64,000 nucleotides of DNA from an uncultured Acidobacteriota bacterium (GCA_902826515.1 CADEFD010000004.1:8329-72328); one strand, 5' to 3'; shown: positions 10,849 to 20,299, numbered from the stretch's first letter. The notes: generated by a model not told the origin, from the letters alone. Program-made: numbers and translations.

Positions 10849-11292
10849 CTATTTCTCGACCGACTTCTTCATGTCGCTGAGGTCCTTCGACAGGGCCTCT
10901 TTGACCTTGCCGGCGATCGCCCAGCTCACCGGCGAGAGCAGGCCCGGCGGCAGGCCCTGGTTCTCGAGCGCGAAGGTGATGCTGACCTGCGTGCCCTCGC
11001 CCTCGGGCGCGAACGTGAACACCGTGTCGATCTTCGCGCCGGCCTTGTAGTGGGTGATCGTGTAGTGCCGGCCCTTCTCGAACGCCGTGACTTCCATCTC
11101 GGCGTCGTCGAGCCGGCCCATGATCTCGCGCGTCTCGCGCCAGCGGGTGCCCAGGCGGAACTCGCCGGTGCTCAGCACCTCGACATTCTTGATGCCCGAC
11201 ACGCGGCCGGCGTTGTGCTCGATGTCGGTGAAGGCCGCGAATACCTGGTCGACGGGCGCTTCCAGCTTGTTGGTCACCGTCACTGTGGTCAT
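10849..11292 (-). CDS. SRPBCC (START/polyketide-cyclase-like) family protein
   Basis: About 147 aa from internal ATG 11292 (MTTVTVTNKLEAPVDQVFAAFTDIEH...). Length and pattern fit SRPBCC ligand-binding proteins. The longer ORF-track start is Arg/Cys-rich and unlikely. Confidence 0.75.
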   Translation of the reverse strand: MTTVTVTNKLEAPVDQVFAAFTDIEHNAGRVSGIKNVEVLSTGEFRLGTRWRETREIMGRLDDAEMEVTAFEKGRHYTITHYKAGAKIDTVFTFAPEGEGTQVSITFALENQGLPPGLLSPVSWAIAGKVKEALSKDLSDMKKSVEK

Positions 11293-11497
11293 CACTCGCC
11301 TCGCAAGGGCCCGTGGGCCCGAATCGTTCAACGCCCGCGCGATGATTCGCGCGCGGCACACCCGCACCGTGTGACGACAATGCAAAGGGGGTGCCTTGTG
11401 GAACCGGACGCTCCGGAGTCGAATTGCCGGGGATTGCGCCCCGCCGGCCGGTGCGCGCGCCGGATCCTCCCGCGGCCGGGTGGGAAATCCCCGCGGA

Positions 11498-12337
11498 TCA
11501 GCGGGCGATCGTCAGGCCCTCGGCCTTGTGCGTGGCGATGAGGCCGGCCAGCAGGCCCGATGTGCGGATCTCGCGCGTGAACGCCGCCAGGTACGCCGCC
11601 GCCGCCGTCCGCTCCTTCCGCACGCCGATGGCCTGCTGCACGGCGGTGAAACGTCCCGGCAGGAGGCGCGTGCCGGGCATGGCGCGCACGTCCTCGCGCA
11701 GCCTGGGCGTGAGGCCGGCGAGCGCGTCGTAGCCGCCCTGCGCGAAGAGGGCGGCGGCGCCGGCGATGCCGTCGGCTTCGACCACCTGCGCCCGGCGCAG
11801 CGTGCGCTGCAGGTACAGGGTGTAGGCGGCCCGCGCCGTCGAGACGATGCGCACGCTCTCGTGATCGACGTCGCTGATGGCGCCGATCGTCGAATGCTCC
11901 GGCACCAGATACGTGGCCTCGATCTCCACGTACGCCGGGCTGAACGTGATGACGTCGGCCCGGGCCGGCTCGGCGCCGATGAATGCCACGTCCCACGCGC
12001 GGGTAACCGCGGCGTCGGCCGCGAGGCCGGCGTTGCCGTAGCCGACGAACTCCACGGTCGCGCCGGCCCGCCGGGCCAGCTCCCGCGCCAGCTCCGGCGC
12101 CACCCCGGCGTGATCGGGCGCGCGCGACGACACGAGCAGGAAGTTGCTGTAGTTGAGCCCGGCGCGCAGCCGGCCATTCGGCGCCAGCTCGGCCTTCACG
12201 GCATCGGACATCGGGGTCATGGTCTGCACGGCCGTGGCGGCCGCCGGCCGCCCGTCGGGGTGGGCCGCAAACGTGGCGGCGGCGGCCAGGCCGGCCAGCA
12301 GCCCGCGCATTCGGCGGCTCGTGAAGTGGGACGTCAT
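11498..12337 (-). CDS. Periplasmic solute-binding protein (family 3, amino-acid/polar-solute type)
   Basis: 279 aa, signal-like N-terminus, two-lobe SBP_bac_3-like pattern (LRAGLNYSNFLLV..., WDVAFIGAEPARA, TFSPAYVEIEATYLV). No adjacent permease or ATPase genes. Confidence 0.75.
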   Translation of the reverse strand: MTSHFTSRRMRGLLAGLAAAATFAAHPDGRPAAATAVQTMTPMSDAVKAELAPNGRLRAGLNYSNFLLVSSRAPDHAGVAPELARELARRAGATVEFVGYGNAGLAADAAVTRAWDVAFIGAEPARADVITFSPAYVEIEATYLVPEHSTIGAISDVDHESVRIVSTARAAYTLYLQRTLRRAQVVEADGIAGAAALFAQGGYDALAGLTPRLREDVRAMPGTRLLPGRFTAVQQAIGVRKERTAAAAYLAAFTREIRTSGLLAGLIATHKAEGLTIAR

Positions 12338-12392
12338 CGTGCGCCGCGATCGGCGCCGTGATGATACCGCCGACCGGGGTCGGCCGGCTGCA

Positions 12393-12752
12393 TCAACGCG
12401 TGAGCCAGACGCGGATGACCACGCCGTTGTTCCTGCCGGGCGTGATGTTGTAGTCCATCGACACCGGAAGATTGGCCGCGAAGGCGTCGCGCAGCAGGTC
12501 GAGCATGGCCCGGCGTGCCTGCTGGTTGCCGTCGCCGCGCAACTGGAAGCCGAAGGCCTTGCCCGGCTGGTTCTGCAGCGTGACCACGACCTCGACGTCG
12601 ATCTGGTCGCTCGGCGGGCCGTACTTGGTGCCCACGTCGTGCACGCGGAGCACGGCGATGCGGCCCGAGGTGTTCAGCAGATCGGCGTGGGCGAGGCCGG
12701 GCCAGCCGGCCAGGCAGCAGGCAACGAGCACGGGAGCGAGGACGCGGGTCAT
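12393..12752 (-). CDS. Small secreted protein, stand-alone copy of the C-terminal domain of the upstream BNR-repeat protein
   Basis: 119 aa, signal peptide MTRVLAPVLVACCLAGWPGLAHA. The mature part aligns by hand at about 45 percent identity with the last 100 aa of ORF 12774..15134 (LRVHDVGTKYGPPSDQIDVE / LRAHDVGTGFGPPGDQLDAE, FGFQLR / FGFTLR, LLRDA / TLRDA, VIRV / VIRV). Confidence 0.7.
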   Translation of the reverse strand: MTRVLAPVLVACCLAGWPGLAHADLLNTSGRIAVLRVHDVGTKYGPPSDQIDVEVVVTLQNQPGKAFGFQLRGDGNQQARRAMLDLLRDAFAANLPVSMDYNITPGRNNGVVIRVWLTR

Positions 12753-12773
12753 GGCAGTCTCCTTGATCGGGGG

Positions 12774-15134
12774 TCACTGGGCCGAGGGCATCACGCGGAT
12801 GACACGGCCCGATCGGAAGCCCGTGCGCACGTAGTCGAGCACGACGGGGCGGTTGCGACGAACGGCGTCGCGCAGGGTGTCGAACATGCCGGCATGGGTC
12901 GAGGCATCGGCCCCGGTGCGCAGCGTGAAGCCGAACGACATGCCCGGCGCGCCGTCGAGCTGCACGATGGCCTCGGCGTCGAGCTGGTCGCCGGGCGGGC
13001 CGAAGCCGGTGCCCACATCGTGGGCGCGCAGCAGCGTGACCCGTCCGGTGGTATTGACGACGCTGCCGATGGGGTCGCTCGTGAACACCTCGTAGGCGCC
13101 ACGACCGAACGTGCCGGCCCGCAGCAGGCCGGTCGTCGGATGCACTTCGAGGTCGTGCACGTCCATCGCTGGATGCAGGCCGTTGTTGTAGGCGGACCAC
13201 GTCCACGTCCGGCCCTGATCGGCCGATCGCCCCTGAAAGACCCCCTGCGTCGTGGCCACGACGAGCGCCAAGGGCCGCAGCCGATCGACCACGAGCGCGT
13301 TCACGAGCGCGGTCGGCGGCAGGTTGGCCGTGATGTCATTCGCCGCGTAGGCGAGCGCGCCGCCTGGCGCGCGGGTGAGGCGCACGACGCGGCTCGCGCC
13401 CGATCGAAACGCCGCGTACACGACGGACGCGTCAGCCGGGTCGGGTTCGATGTCACTCGACGCAGCCGGCGCCGTCAGGCCGAAGACGCCCACCCAGCTC
13501 GTGCCATCGGCCGAGGCGAACACCTTGCCGCCGCGTGTGCCGGCATACGAGATCCCGGTGCGTCCCACCGCCACGGCCAGGGCCTGATCGTTCGCTGGCG
13601 GCGTGAACACCTGCGTCCACGGCAGGCCCTGCCACACGCCGTTGCAGCTGGCGAGCAGCCGCGACGTGTTCACCGGATCGACCGCCAGCTTCGCCAGCGG
13701 CGCGGCCATGTACTCGCCGCCCTTCAACAGGCACCCCTCGGGCAGGTTCTGGCCAATCCCGGCCCACGAAGCGCCGGTGTTGGTCGAGCGCACCACCTGA
13801 TGCATGGCCTGCCCGGCTTCGTACCAGTGCGCGCCGTTGTGCGGCGCGACTTCGACCACGCCGGAATCGCCGCCGGTCACGTAGCGCCACACCGTGTCGC
13901 CGTTGACGCTCTTGCTCGTGCCGTTGTCCTGCGTGCCGCCGATGACGATCGCCGGGTCCATCGCCGAATCGGCCAGGTCGTAGAACTCGACGTTCGCGAT
14001 GCCGCGGGCCATGAACGTCCACGTGCCGCTCGCGCCCTTGACGGCGCGGTAGATGCCGCCGTCGTTGCCGGAATAGATGACGCCGGGTGTTTGCGGGTCG
14101 TGGGCGAAGGCGTGGTGATCGACGTGCGGCTGCGGTGACGGCTTCGAAAAGGTCATCCCGCCGTCGGTCGAGACCCAGAACACGGTGCCGGTGGCGTAGA
14201 CGAGATTCGGATCGACCGGATCGGCGGCGATGAGGCTCCAGAGACCCGGGCCGGTCGCCTCGTCCGGATGCCAGGCTGGCTCCCACGCCGATTCGCGCAC
14301 GCCGCTCACGACACATGTCGCGGCCGTCGTGCGGAAGAGACGGAACGACGCGCCCTTCTTGAAGCTGGCGTAGGTGCGGCCGCGCGTCTCGGCGACGCGG
14401 ATGGCCGTGTCGCCGTCCACCGTGGGCAGCATCGCCGACGGACACCCCTGCAGGCGCCGCCAGGTGTTGCCGGCATCCGCGGTGGCATAGACCCCCGCCG
14501 CCGCATTGCCGAAGGCCTGCATGCCGGCCACGAGTTCACTGGGCGCCCCGCGCCGCATCAGCAACGACGACACGCAGCCGCGCAGGGTGTTCACCCACGT
14601 CACCCCGCCGTCGAGCGACCGCTGCACGCCGCCATCGCCGCTCCGGCATCCCGACAGGAACACCGTCTCGGCCGTGCGCGGCGAGACGATCATCGCGCCG
14701 CCGTCGATGGCAAACGGCCGCAGATCGCCGGTGAACGTCTGCGTCCAGCTATCGCCGCCGTTCTCCGAACGGTAGATCCCGAGCGGCGTCGCCAGGAACA
14801 CGCGCGCCGGCTGCGTCGGGGCCACGGCGAGCCCGGCCACCGTCAGCGTGGGCAGCGCGTCGGCCACCGGACGCCATGTGGCGCCGCCATCGGTCGTGCG
14901 CCACACGCCGGAGCCGCGCGCGCCGACATAGATCGTCTGCGGGTTGCCCGGATGTATTGCGATGCTCGTGACCCGGCCTACCGAGTTCCGGCTCGGGCCA
15001 TCGCCGTTCGTGATGAGGGTGGGGCCGATGGATCGCCACGTGCCGATGTCGGCCGCGCCGGCGGTGACGACGGCGACGAGCGCCGGCAGCAGCGCGAGCG
15101 CCGCGTGGATCTGTCGCGTACAGCCGGTCGGCAT
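12774..15134 (-). CDS. Secreted BNR/Asp-box repeat protein (sortilin/GH74-like double propeller) with an unknown C-terminal domain
   Basis: 786 aa, signal peptide. Eight Asp-box-like motifs (TTDGGATW, SENGGDSW, SLDGGVTW, TADAGNTW, STDGGMTF, STNTGASW, SADGTSW, SADQGRTW). AGGAG precedes the ATG. Confidence 0.85.
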   Translation of the reverse strand: MPTGCTRQIHAALALLPALVAVVTAGAADIGTWRSIGPTLITNGDGPSRNSVGRVTSIAIHPGNPQTIYVGARGSGVWRTTDGGATWRPVADALPTLTVAGLAVAPTQPARVFLATPLGIYRSENGGDSWTQTFTGDLRPFAIDGGAMIVSPRTAETVFLSGCRSGDGGVQRSLDGGVTWVNTLRGCVSSLLMRRGAPSELVAGMQAFGNAAAGVYATADAGNTWRRLQGCPSAMLPTVDGDTAIRVAETRGRTYASFKKGASFRLFRTTAATCVVSGVRESAWEPAWHPDEATGPGLWSLIAADPVDPNLVYATGTVFWVSTDGGMTFSKPSPQPHVDHHAFAHDPQTPGVIYSGNDGGIYRAVKGASGTWTFMARGIANVEFYDLADSAMDPAIVIGGTQDNGTSKSVNGDTVWRYVTGGDSGVVEVAPHNGAHWYEAGQAMHQVVRSTNTGASWAGIGQNLPEGCLLKGGEYMAAPLAKLAVDPVNTSRLLASCNGVWQGLPWTQVFTPPANDQALAVAVGRTGISYAGTRGGKVFASADGTSWVGVFGLTAPAASSDIEPDPADASVVYAAFRSGASRVVRLTRAPGGALAYAANDITANLPPTALVNALVVDRLRPLALVVATTQGVFQGRSADQGRTWTWSAYNNGLHPAMDVHDLEVHPTTGLLRAGTFGRGAYEVFTSDPIGSVVNTTGRVTLLRAHDVGTGFGPPGDQLDAEAIVQLDGAPGMSFGFTLRTGADASTHAGMFDTLRDAVRRNRPVVLDYVRTGFRSGRVIRVMPSAQ
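12777..13079 (-). other. Roughly 100-aa C-terminal domain of the BNR protein, paralogous to gene 12393..12752
   Basis: Hand alignment of the two translations (see finding). Confidence 0.7.
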
Positions 15135-15199
15135 GGTCGTCGCTCCTGTCCCGGTAGCGGTGGAACCCGCACGGGCCCCTCAGGAGGACAATCGAAATT

Positions 15200-15219
15200 G
15201 GTGGCGCGCCGCCGCCACC
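15200..15219 (-). terminator. Candidate intrinsic terminator after the epoxide hydrolase gene
   Basis: GGTGGCG-cgccgc-CGCCACC hairpin (7-bp GC stem) 17 nt past the stop. On the minus strand it is followed by AATTTCGATT. Confidence 0.4.
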
Positions 15220-15235
15220 CGGCGGTACCGGGGCG

Positions 15236-16501
15236 TCAGCGCACGGTGCGGAAGAACGCGCGCACGTCGTCCACGAGCAGTTGCGGCTGTTCCATCGCGG
15301 CGAAGTGGCCGCCGCGCGGCATCGTCGTCCACCGCGTGATGGTGTAACGCGACTCGAGCCATTGCCGCGGCGACCAGATGATCTCGCGCGGGAAATCGGC
15401 GCAGCCCATCGGCGCGGCAATCTTCCCCGGCACGGGCGGCGTCGTGGGATGCCGGCTCTCGTAGTAGATGCGGGCCGACGAGGCGGCCGTTTCCGTGACC
15501 CAGTACAGCGTGATGTTCGTGAGCAGCTCGTCCTTCGTGAAGATCGTCTCGGGATGGCCGTCGCAGTCGCACCACGTGCGGAATTTCTCGACGATCCACG
15601 CGGCGAGGGCCACCGGGGAGTCGTTGAGGGCGATGCCGATCGTCTGCGGCTTCGTGCCCTGGATCTGCTGATAGCCGGTTTCTTCGTTCTGGAAGGTCTG
15701 CCGCGTCTTGAGGCGCGCCTTCTCCGCGTCGGTCAGCCCCGCTTCGGGATCGCTGCCCGCCGGCGCCGCGCCGAAGCACATGTTGAGGTGCAGGCCAGCG
15801 ACGTGCGCGGTGTCGCGCGCGGCCACCTGCGTGCTGATGATCGAGCCCCAGTCGCCGCCCTGCACGCCGTAGCGCGTGTAGCCGAGGCGGGCCATGAGCG
15901 CCGCTTCGATGGTGGCGATGCGTGCCGGATCGTAGCCGGCGGCCGTGGGCGCCTCCGAATAGCCGAAGCCGGGGATCGACGGCATCACGACGTCGAAGGC
16001 GTCGCGCGCCTCGCCGCCATGCGTGACCGGATCGGTGAGCGGGCCGATCACCTTCGTGAACTCGGCGATCGATCCGGGCCAGCCGTGTGTGACGAGCAGC
16101 GGGAAGGCGCCGGTCTGTTTCGCCTTGCGGTGGACGAAGTGCACGCGCCGGCCGTCGATCGTGGTCGTGAACTGCTCCATCGCGTTCAGTCGGCGTTCGG
16201 CGGCGCGCCAGTCGAAGCGGTCGCGCCAGTAGGTCACGAGTTCGCGCAGATACGCGGTGTCGGTGCCGAGCGCCCAGCCGGGGCCGTCGAGCGGCGCGGG
16301 AATGCGCGGAGTCTTCAGGCGCGCCTTCAGATCCGCGAGTACCGCGTCTGGCACCGCAATGCGGAACGGCCGGATCGTCGTGTCGTCGGCCGCGCGTGCC
16401 GGCGCAGGGGCGGCGGGCGCCTGCGGGGCGGGCGTGGCCGAGAGGCCCGGCGCGAGACCGGCGAGCGCGACGAGGCAGCAGGCGAGGAGTCCGCGGTTCA
16501 T
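15236..16501 (-). CDS. Epoxide hydrolase (microsomal-type N-terminal EHN domain plus alpha/beta hydrolase), secreted
   Basis: 421 aa, signal peptide. IRPFRIAVPDAVLADLKARL...YWRDRFDWRAAERRLN (EHN domain) and LLVTHGWPGS (HGxP oxyanion motif). Confidence 0.9.
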   Translation of the reverse strand: MNRGLLACCLVALAGLAPGLSATPAPQAPAAPAPARAADDTTIRPFRIAVPDAVLADLKARLKTPRIPAPLDGPGWALGTDTAYLRELVTYWRDRFDWRAAERRLNAMEQFTTTIDGRRVHFVHRKAKQTGAFPLLVTHGWPGSIAEFTKVIGPLTDPVTHGGEARDAFDVVMPSIPGFGYSEAPTAAGYDPARIATIEAALMARLGYTRYGVQGGDWGSIISTQVAARDTAHVAGLHLNMCFGAAPAGSDPEAGLTDAEKARLKTRQTFQNEETGYQQIQGTKPQTIGIALNDSPVALAAWIVEKFRTWCDCDGHPETIFTKDELLTNITLYWVTETAASSARIYYESRHPTTPPVPGKIAAPMGCADFPREIIWSPRQWLESRYTITRWTTMPRGGHFAAMEQPQLLVDDVRAFFRTVR

Positions 16502-16555
16502 GCCGCGCAGCCTACCACCAGTCCGCCGCGCGGCAGGCCGCTCAGAACACGCCGC

Positions 16556-17782
16556 TCAGAGCACGCCGCGAAACGCGGACGCACGCACCGTGTGCCCGGG
16601 AAACACCGTGCCCGCCGTGGCGGTGTCGGCGCCGAGGTGACGCACGACGATCTCGGCGAAGACGTCGCGGAAGTCGGTCGTGACCGCGAGGTCGCGGCCT
16701 TCGTGCCGCATCTCGGGTGCGAGGCCCGGCCAGCGCCCGTAGACGCGGCCGCCCTTCACCGGGCCGCCGAGCACGAGCATCGCGTTGCCGTGGCCGTGGT
16801 CGGTGCCGCCGCTGCCGTTCTGCGCGACGGCGCGGCCGAATTCCGACATGGTGACGATGACGGTGTCGGCGAGGCGATCGCCCAGATCGCGCGCGAGCGC
16901 CGCGAGGCCGCGCGAGAAGTCGTCGAGACGCGCCGCGATCTGCCCGGTGGCGCCGCCTTCATTCGCGTGGTGGTCCCACTGCGTGCTCTCGGCGAACGCG
17001 ATCTCGAGCCCCACGTCGGCCTTGGCCAGCCGCGCGATCTCCTGCAAGGCGTCGCCGAAGGGCGACCGCGGATACGTGACGCCGGCGGCCGGCACGTAGG
17101 GCGCGCGGGCCGACGCCGCCAGGTGACGCAGGGCGTCGAACGCCTCGGCAGCGGTGGCGTGCAGGGCGCCGTCGCGGCTCGACGCATACGCGGCTTCGAC
17201 GGCCGCGGACGTGCTGCCGCCGGACCGAATCGCGAAGTCGTCGAGGCGGCGCACGGCGAGCGCCGGCGCGTGGCCCCGCAGCGTGCGCGGCATCTCGGTC
17301 GTGAGGCTCACCGCCTGCAGCGGGTGTCCGGCCTCACGCGTCTGGAGATAGCGGTTCAGCCAGCCGTCGCGCGTGCTCTTCACGCCGGGGGTCGCCGATT
17401 CCATGTAGTCCTGCGCGTCGAAGTGCGAGCGTGTCGTGTCGGGCGAACCCGACGCGTGCACCACGGCGAGCTGACCGGATGTCCACCACGGGGCGAGCGG
17501 CGCCATCCGCGGATGCAGACCGAAGAAGCCGTCGAGATCGAGCGCGCCACTGTCGCGGCCGGGACGCGCGATCGCGATGGTGGGACGAGCCGCGTAATAG
17601 CCGGCATCGCCGTACGGCACGACCATGTTCAGGCCGTCCACCGCGCCGCGCTGGAAGATGGCGATGAGCAGCTTCTTCCTGGTGCCGGCGGCTTCGACCG
17701 TGCGGGCAAGGAACGACGGCGCGAACCCGAGCGACACGAGGGCGGCACCCCCCGACTTGAGGAACACGCGGCGGCTGGTCAT
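16556..17782 (-). CDS. DUF1501 domain protein (sulfatase-fold, Tat-exported)
   Basis: Start at ATG 17782 preceded by GGAGACGAG. Twin-arginine signal MTSRRVFLKSGGAALVSLG. MSEFGRAVAQNGSGGTDHGHGN is characteristic of DUF1501. The upstream part of the ORF-track ORF is Arg-rich junk overlapping DUF1800. Confidence 0.9.
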   Translation of the reverse strand: MTSRRVFLKSGGAALVSLGFAPSFLARTVEAAGTRKKLLIAIFQRGAVDGLNMVVPYGDAGYYAARPTIAIARPGRDSGALDLDGFFGLHPRMAPLAPWWTSGQLAVVHASGSPDTTRSHFDAQDYMESATPGVKSTRDGWLNRYLQTREAGHPLQAVSLTTEMPRTLRGHAPALAVRRLDDFAIRSGGSTSAAVEAAYASSRDGALHATAAEAFDALRHLAASARAPYVPAAGVTYPRSPFGDALQEIARLAKADVGLEIAFAESTQWDHHANEGGATGQIAARLDDFSRGLAALARDLGDRLADTVIVTMSEFGRAVAQNGSGGTDHGHGNAMLVLGGPVKGGRVYGRWPGLAPEMRHEGRDLAVTTDFRDVFAEIVVRHLGADTATAGTVFPGHTVRASAFRGVL

Positions 17783-17790
17783 CTCGTCTC

Positions 17791-19275
17791 CTAGCGGTAC
17801 TGGAAGGCGGGCGCGGCAATCGAAGCGGCGACGTCCGCGGTGACTGCCGGCGGCAGACGCAGCCCCGGCACGCGTCCGGCGCCGAGGTCCGCGGCGAAGT
17901 TCACGCGGCCCACGAGCGCGCCGGCGGCCGCCCACGTGGCCGCGGTGTCGTCGTAGCCGGTGGGCGGCTGGCAGAGGTAGAGCGGCATCCCGAGTTCGCG
18001 CAAGGTGCGGGTCAGCGGGCGCGCCGATCGCACATCGGCGGCGGTCGCGCGCAGCGCGCTCGCCACGAACTCGAGCGGCGTCTTGAGCTTCGCGCCGGCC
18101 GCCGCGGGCGCGAAGAACTCCGGCGACGTCACGATGACGCGCACCACCTCCCGCAGGTCGCCGTCGGTCTCGCGGAACCGCGCCGCGGCGCGCTCGACGA
18201 GCGCCTCGGGCGGCGTGTCACCCACGAAGCGCGTCGCCAGCATCCGCGCCACGCGGCGGGCGGTGGCCGGATGTGCGCTCAGCAGGTCGAGTACCACCTC
18301 GCCGTCCTCGATGCCACGACCGGCCGGCAGCGTATGGCCGAGCACCGTCTTGGCGCCGCGGTCGTGCAGCGCCGGCACGAAGCGGAAGCCGGACCCCTCG
18401 CGCGGCTGCATCGTCCAGCCGGTGAAGGCGCGGGCCACGGCCACGACGTCGGCCTGCGTGTAGCCGCCGTCCACCCCGAGCGTGTGCAGCTCGAGCAGTT
18501 CGCGCGCGTAGTTCTCGTTCAGGCCGCGCGGCGGCCGCGGCGGCGCTGCGGCCGGGCGCCGGGCGGCGCGACGCGGAGCCGCGCCGGCCCGCCGCGCGCC
18601 GGCCTCGGGATCGACGTTCTCCCAGTTGTCGAGATAGAAGAGCATCGCCGGGTGCCGTGCCGTGGCGCCGAGCAGGTCGCGGAAGCGGCCGAACACGTAG
18701 GGGCGGATGGCGTCGCGTTCGTAGGCCGTGACGTAGCTGCGCGTGGGACCCTTGCCGGCGAACACGTTGAAGTGGTTGAACCACGCGTCGGTGAGCACGG
18801 CCTCGAGCTGGCGCTCGCTGTAGACGGCGCGCAGCAGCTTCGCCTCCTCGAGCTCGTCGAGCACGAGACGCCGCTTCGCCTGGGCCGCTGACGGCGCGGG
18901 CCGCGCTGCGCTGCTCGCGGCGTCCGGCGCGGCCGCCCCGGTGGCCGCTCGCTGACGTGCGCGCCGTTCCTCGATGGCGGGGCGCTCGAACTCCTGCACG
19001 ATCGTGCGCGCGTCGAGTGTGAGGGTCGTGAAGGCCGACAGCCGGGCGTCGAGCGCGCCATCGTCGAGGCGCGCGGGGTGGAGCTGCTGCTCGATCCACG
19101 CGGCCACGCCGACCCGGCGGACGGCGGCGACGTCACCGGGGCGCGGGCCGTAGCCGAGCCGGTGCAGCACATGCGTGGCGGCGCGATCGTCCTCGGGGAT
19201 CGCCGGCGCGGCGGTGACGAAGGCGGCACCGACGAGCAGCCCCGCCGTGAGTATCGACAGCGTGCGATTCCCCAT
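17791..19275 (-). CDS. DUF1800 domain protein
   Basis: 494 aa. HRLGYGPRPGD, ENYARELLELHTLGVDGGYTQADV and AFTGWT are hallmark DUF1800 motifs. The gene lies 8 nt upstream of its usual DUF1501 partner. Confidence 0.9.
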   Translation of the reverse strand: MGNRTLSILTAGLLVGAAFVTAAPAIPEDDRAATHVLHRLGYGPRPGDVAAVRRVGVAAWIEQQLHPARLDDGALDARLSAFTTLTLDARTIVQEFERPAIEERRARQRAATGAAAPDAASSAARPAPSAAQAKRRLVLDELEEAKLLRAVYSERQLEAVLTDAWFNHFNVFAGKGPTRSYVTAYERDAIRPYVFGRFRDLLGATARHPAMLFYLDNWENVDPEAGARRAGAAPRRAARRPAAAPPRPPRGLNENYARELLELHTLGVDGGYTQADVVAVARAFTGWTMQPREGSGFRFVPALHDRGAKTVLGHTLPAGRGIEDGEVVLDLLSAHPATARRVARMLATRFVGDTPPEALVERAAARFRETDGDLREVVRVIVTSPEFFAPAAAGAKLKTPLEFVASALRATAADVRSARPLTRTLRELGMPLYLCQPPTGYDDTAATWAAAGALVGRVNFAADLGAGRVPGLRLPPAVTADVAASIAAPAFQYR

Positions 19276-19324
19276 GTCAGGTCAGACCGTCCGGCGGGCC
19301 GAAGGTTTAAGGGCGCGGTGTACC

Positions 19325-20299
19325 ATGCGGCACGCGCCCATGACGATGCCGGCTCCGCCCTCTACCGTTCGCGCCGCCGTCGTGCAGGCCGGCGCCGTGC
19401 CCTTCGACAGCGCCGCGTGCGTGGACAAGGCCGTGGACCTCATCGGCCGCGCTGCCGCCACCAGCGCGCGGGTGGTCGTGTTCCCCGAGGCGTTCATCGG
19501 CGGGTATCTCAAGGGCCTCGGCTTCGGCCTGGTCGTCGGCGCCCGCGACGCGGCCGGCCGCGACGAATTCCGCCGCGCGCTCGAGAGCGCCATCGTCGTG
19601 CCCGGGCCCGAGACGGCGCGGCTCGGCGAGGCCGCCGCGGCGCACGGCTGCTACGTGGTCATCGGCGTCATCGAACGCGACGGCGGCACGTGTTACTGCT
19701 CGGCGCTCTACTTCGGGCCCGACGGCGCGCTGCTCGGCACGCACCGCAAACTCATGCCCACGGCGCTCGAGCGCATGATCTGGGGTTTCGGCGACGGCTC
19801 CACGCTCAAGGCGGTGGACAGCCCGTACGGGAAGATCGGCGCCGTCATCTGCTGGGAGAACTACATGCCGATGCTGCGCATGGCGATGTACGCGCAGCAG
19901 GTGGCGCTCTACTGCGCGCCCACCGCCGACGATCGCGATTCGTGGCTGCCGTCGATGCGCCACATCGCGCTCGAAGGCCGCTGCTTCGTGCTCACGGCCT
20001 GCCAGGTGCTGCGCAGGGACGCGTTCCCCGGCGATGTGCGCGTGTCGCTCGGCGACTCGCCAGACGCGCTGCTCATGCGCGGCGGCAGCGCCATCGTCAG
20101 TCCGCTCGGCGTCGTGCTCGCCGGTCCGCACTTCGGCGAGGAGACGATCCTCACCGCCGACCTCGACCTGGCCGACATCGGCCGCGGCAAGTTCGACTTC
20201 GACGTCGTGGGTCACTACGCGCGCCCCGACGTCTTCCGTCTCACGGTCAACGATGCCCCGGCCGTGCCGGTGATGATCGCGCCGCGGCCGCCGGCATAG
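19325..20299 (+). CDS. Nitrilase / carbon-nitrogen hydrolase
   Basis: Glu-Lys-Cys triad contexts VVFPEAFIGGY, HRKLMPT and VICWENYMP. ATG 19325 (or 19340) lies within ORF 19175..20299. Confidence 0.9.
   Translation: MRHAPMTMPAPPSTVRAAVVQAGAVPFDSAACVDKAVDLIGRAAATSARVVVFPEAFIGGYLKGLGFGLVVGARDAAGRDEFRRALESAIVVPGPETARLGEAAAAHGCYVVIGVIERDGGTCYCSALYFGPDGALLGTHRKLMPTALERMIWGFGDGSTLKAVDSPYGKIGAVICWENYMPMLRMAMYAQQVALYCAPTADDRDSWLPSMRHIALEGRCFVLTACQVLRRDAFPGDVRVSLGDSPDALLMRGGSAIVSPLGVVLAGPHFGEETILTADLDLADIGRGKFDFDVVGHYARPDVFRLTVNDAPAVPVMIAPRPPA

Noticed and set aside
11293-11497. 205-nt intergenic region with small hairpins (GGGCCC-GT-GGGCCC, CCGCGCG-ATGATT-CGCGCGG) as a possible riboswitch or sRNA
   Set aside because: It contains only short GC palindromes that are common in this composition, with no recognisable riboswitch core. 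It is most simply a terminator plus promoter spacer between two minus-strand genes.
15281-17794. 837-aa plus-strand ORF spanning the epoxide hydrolase and DUF1501 genes
   Set aside because: It is a shadow ORF, extremely Arg/Gly/Ala-rich with no motifs. The minus strand encodes two well-supported proteins.
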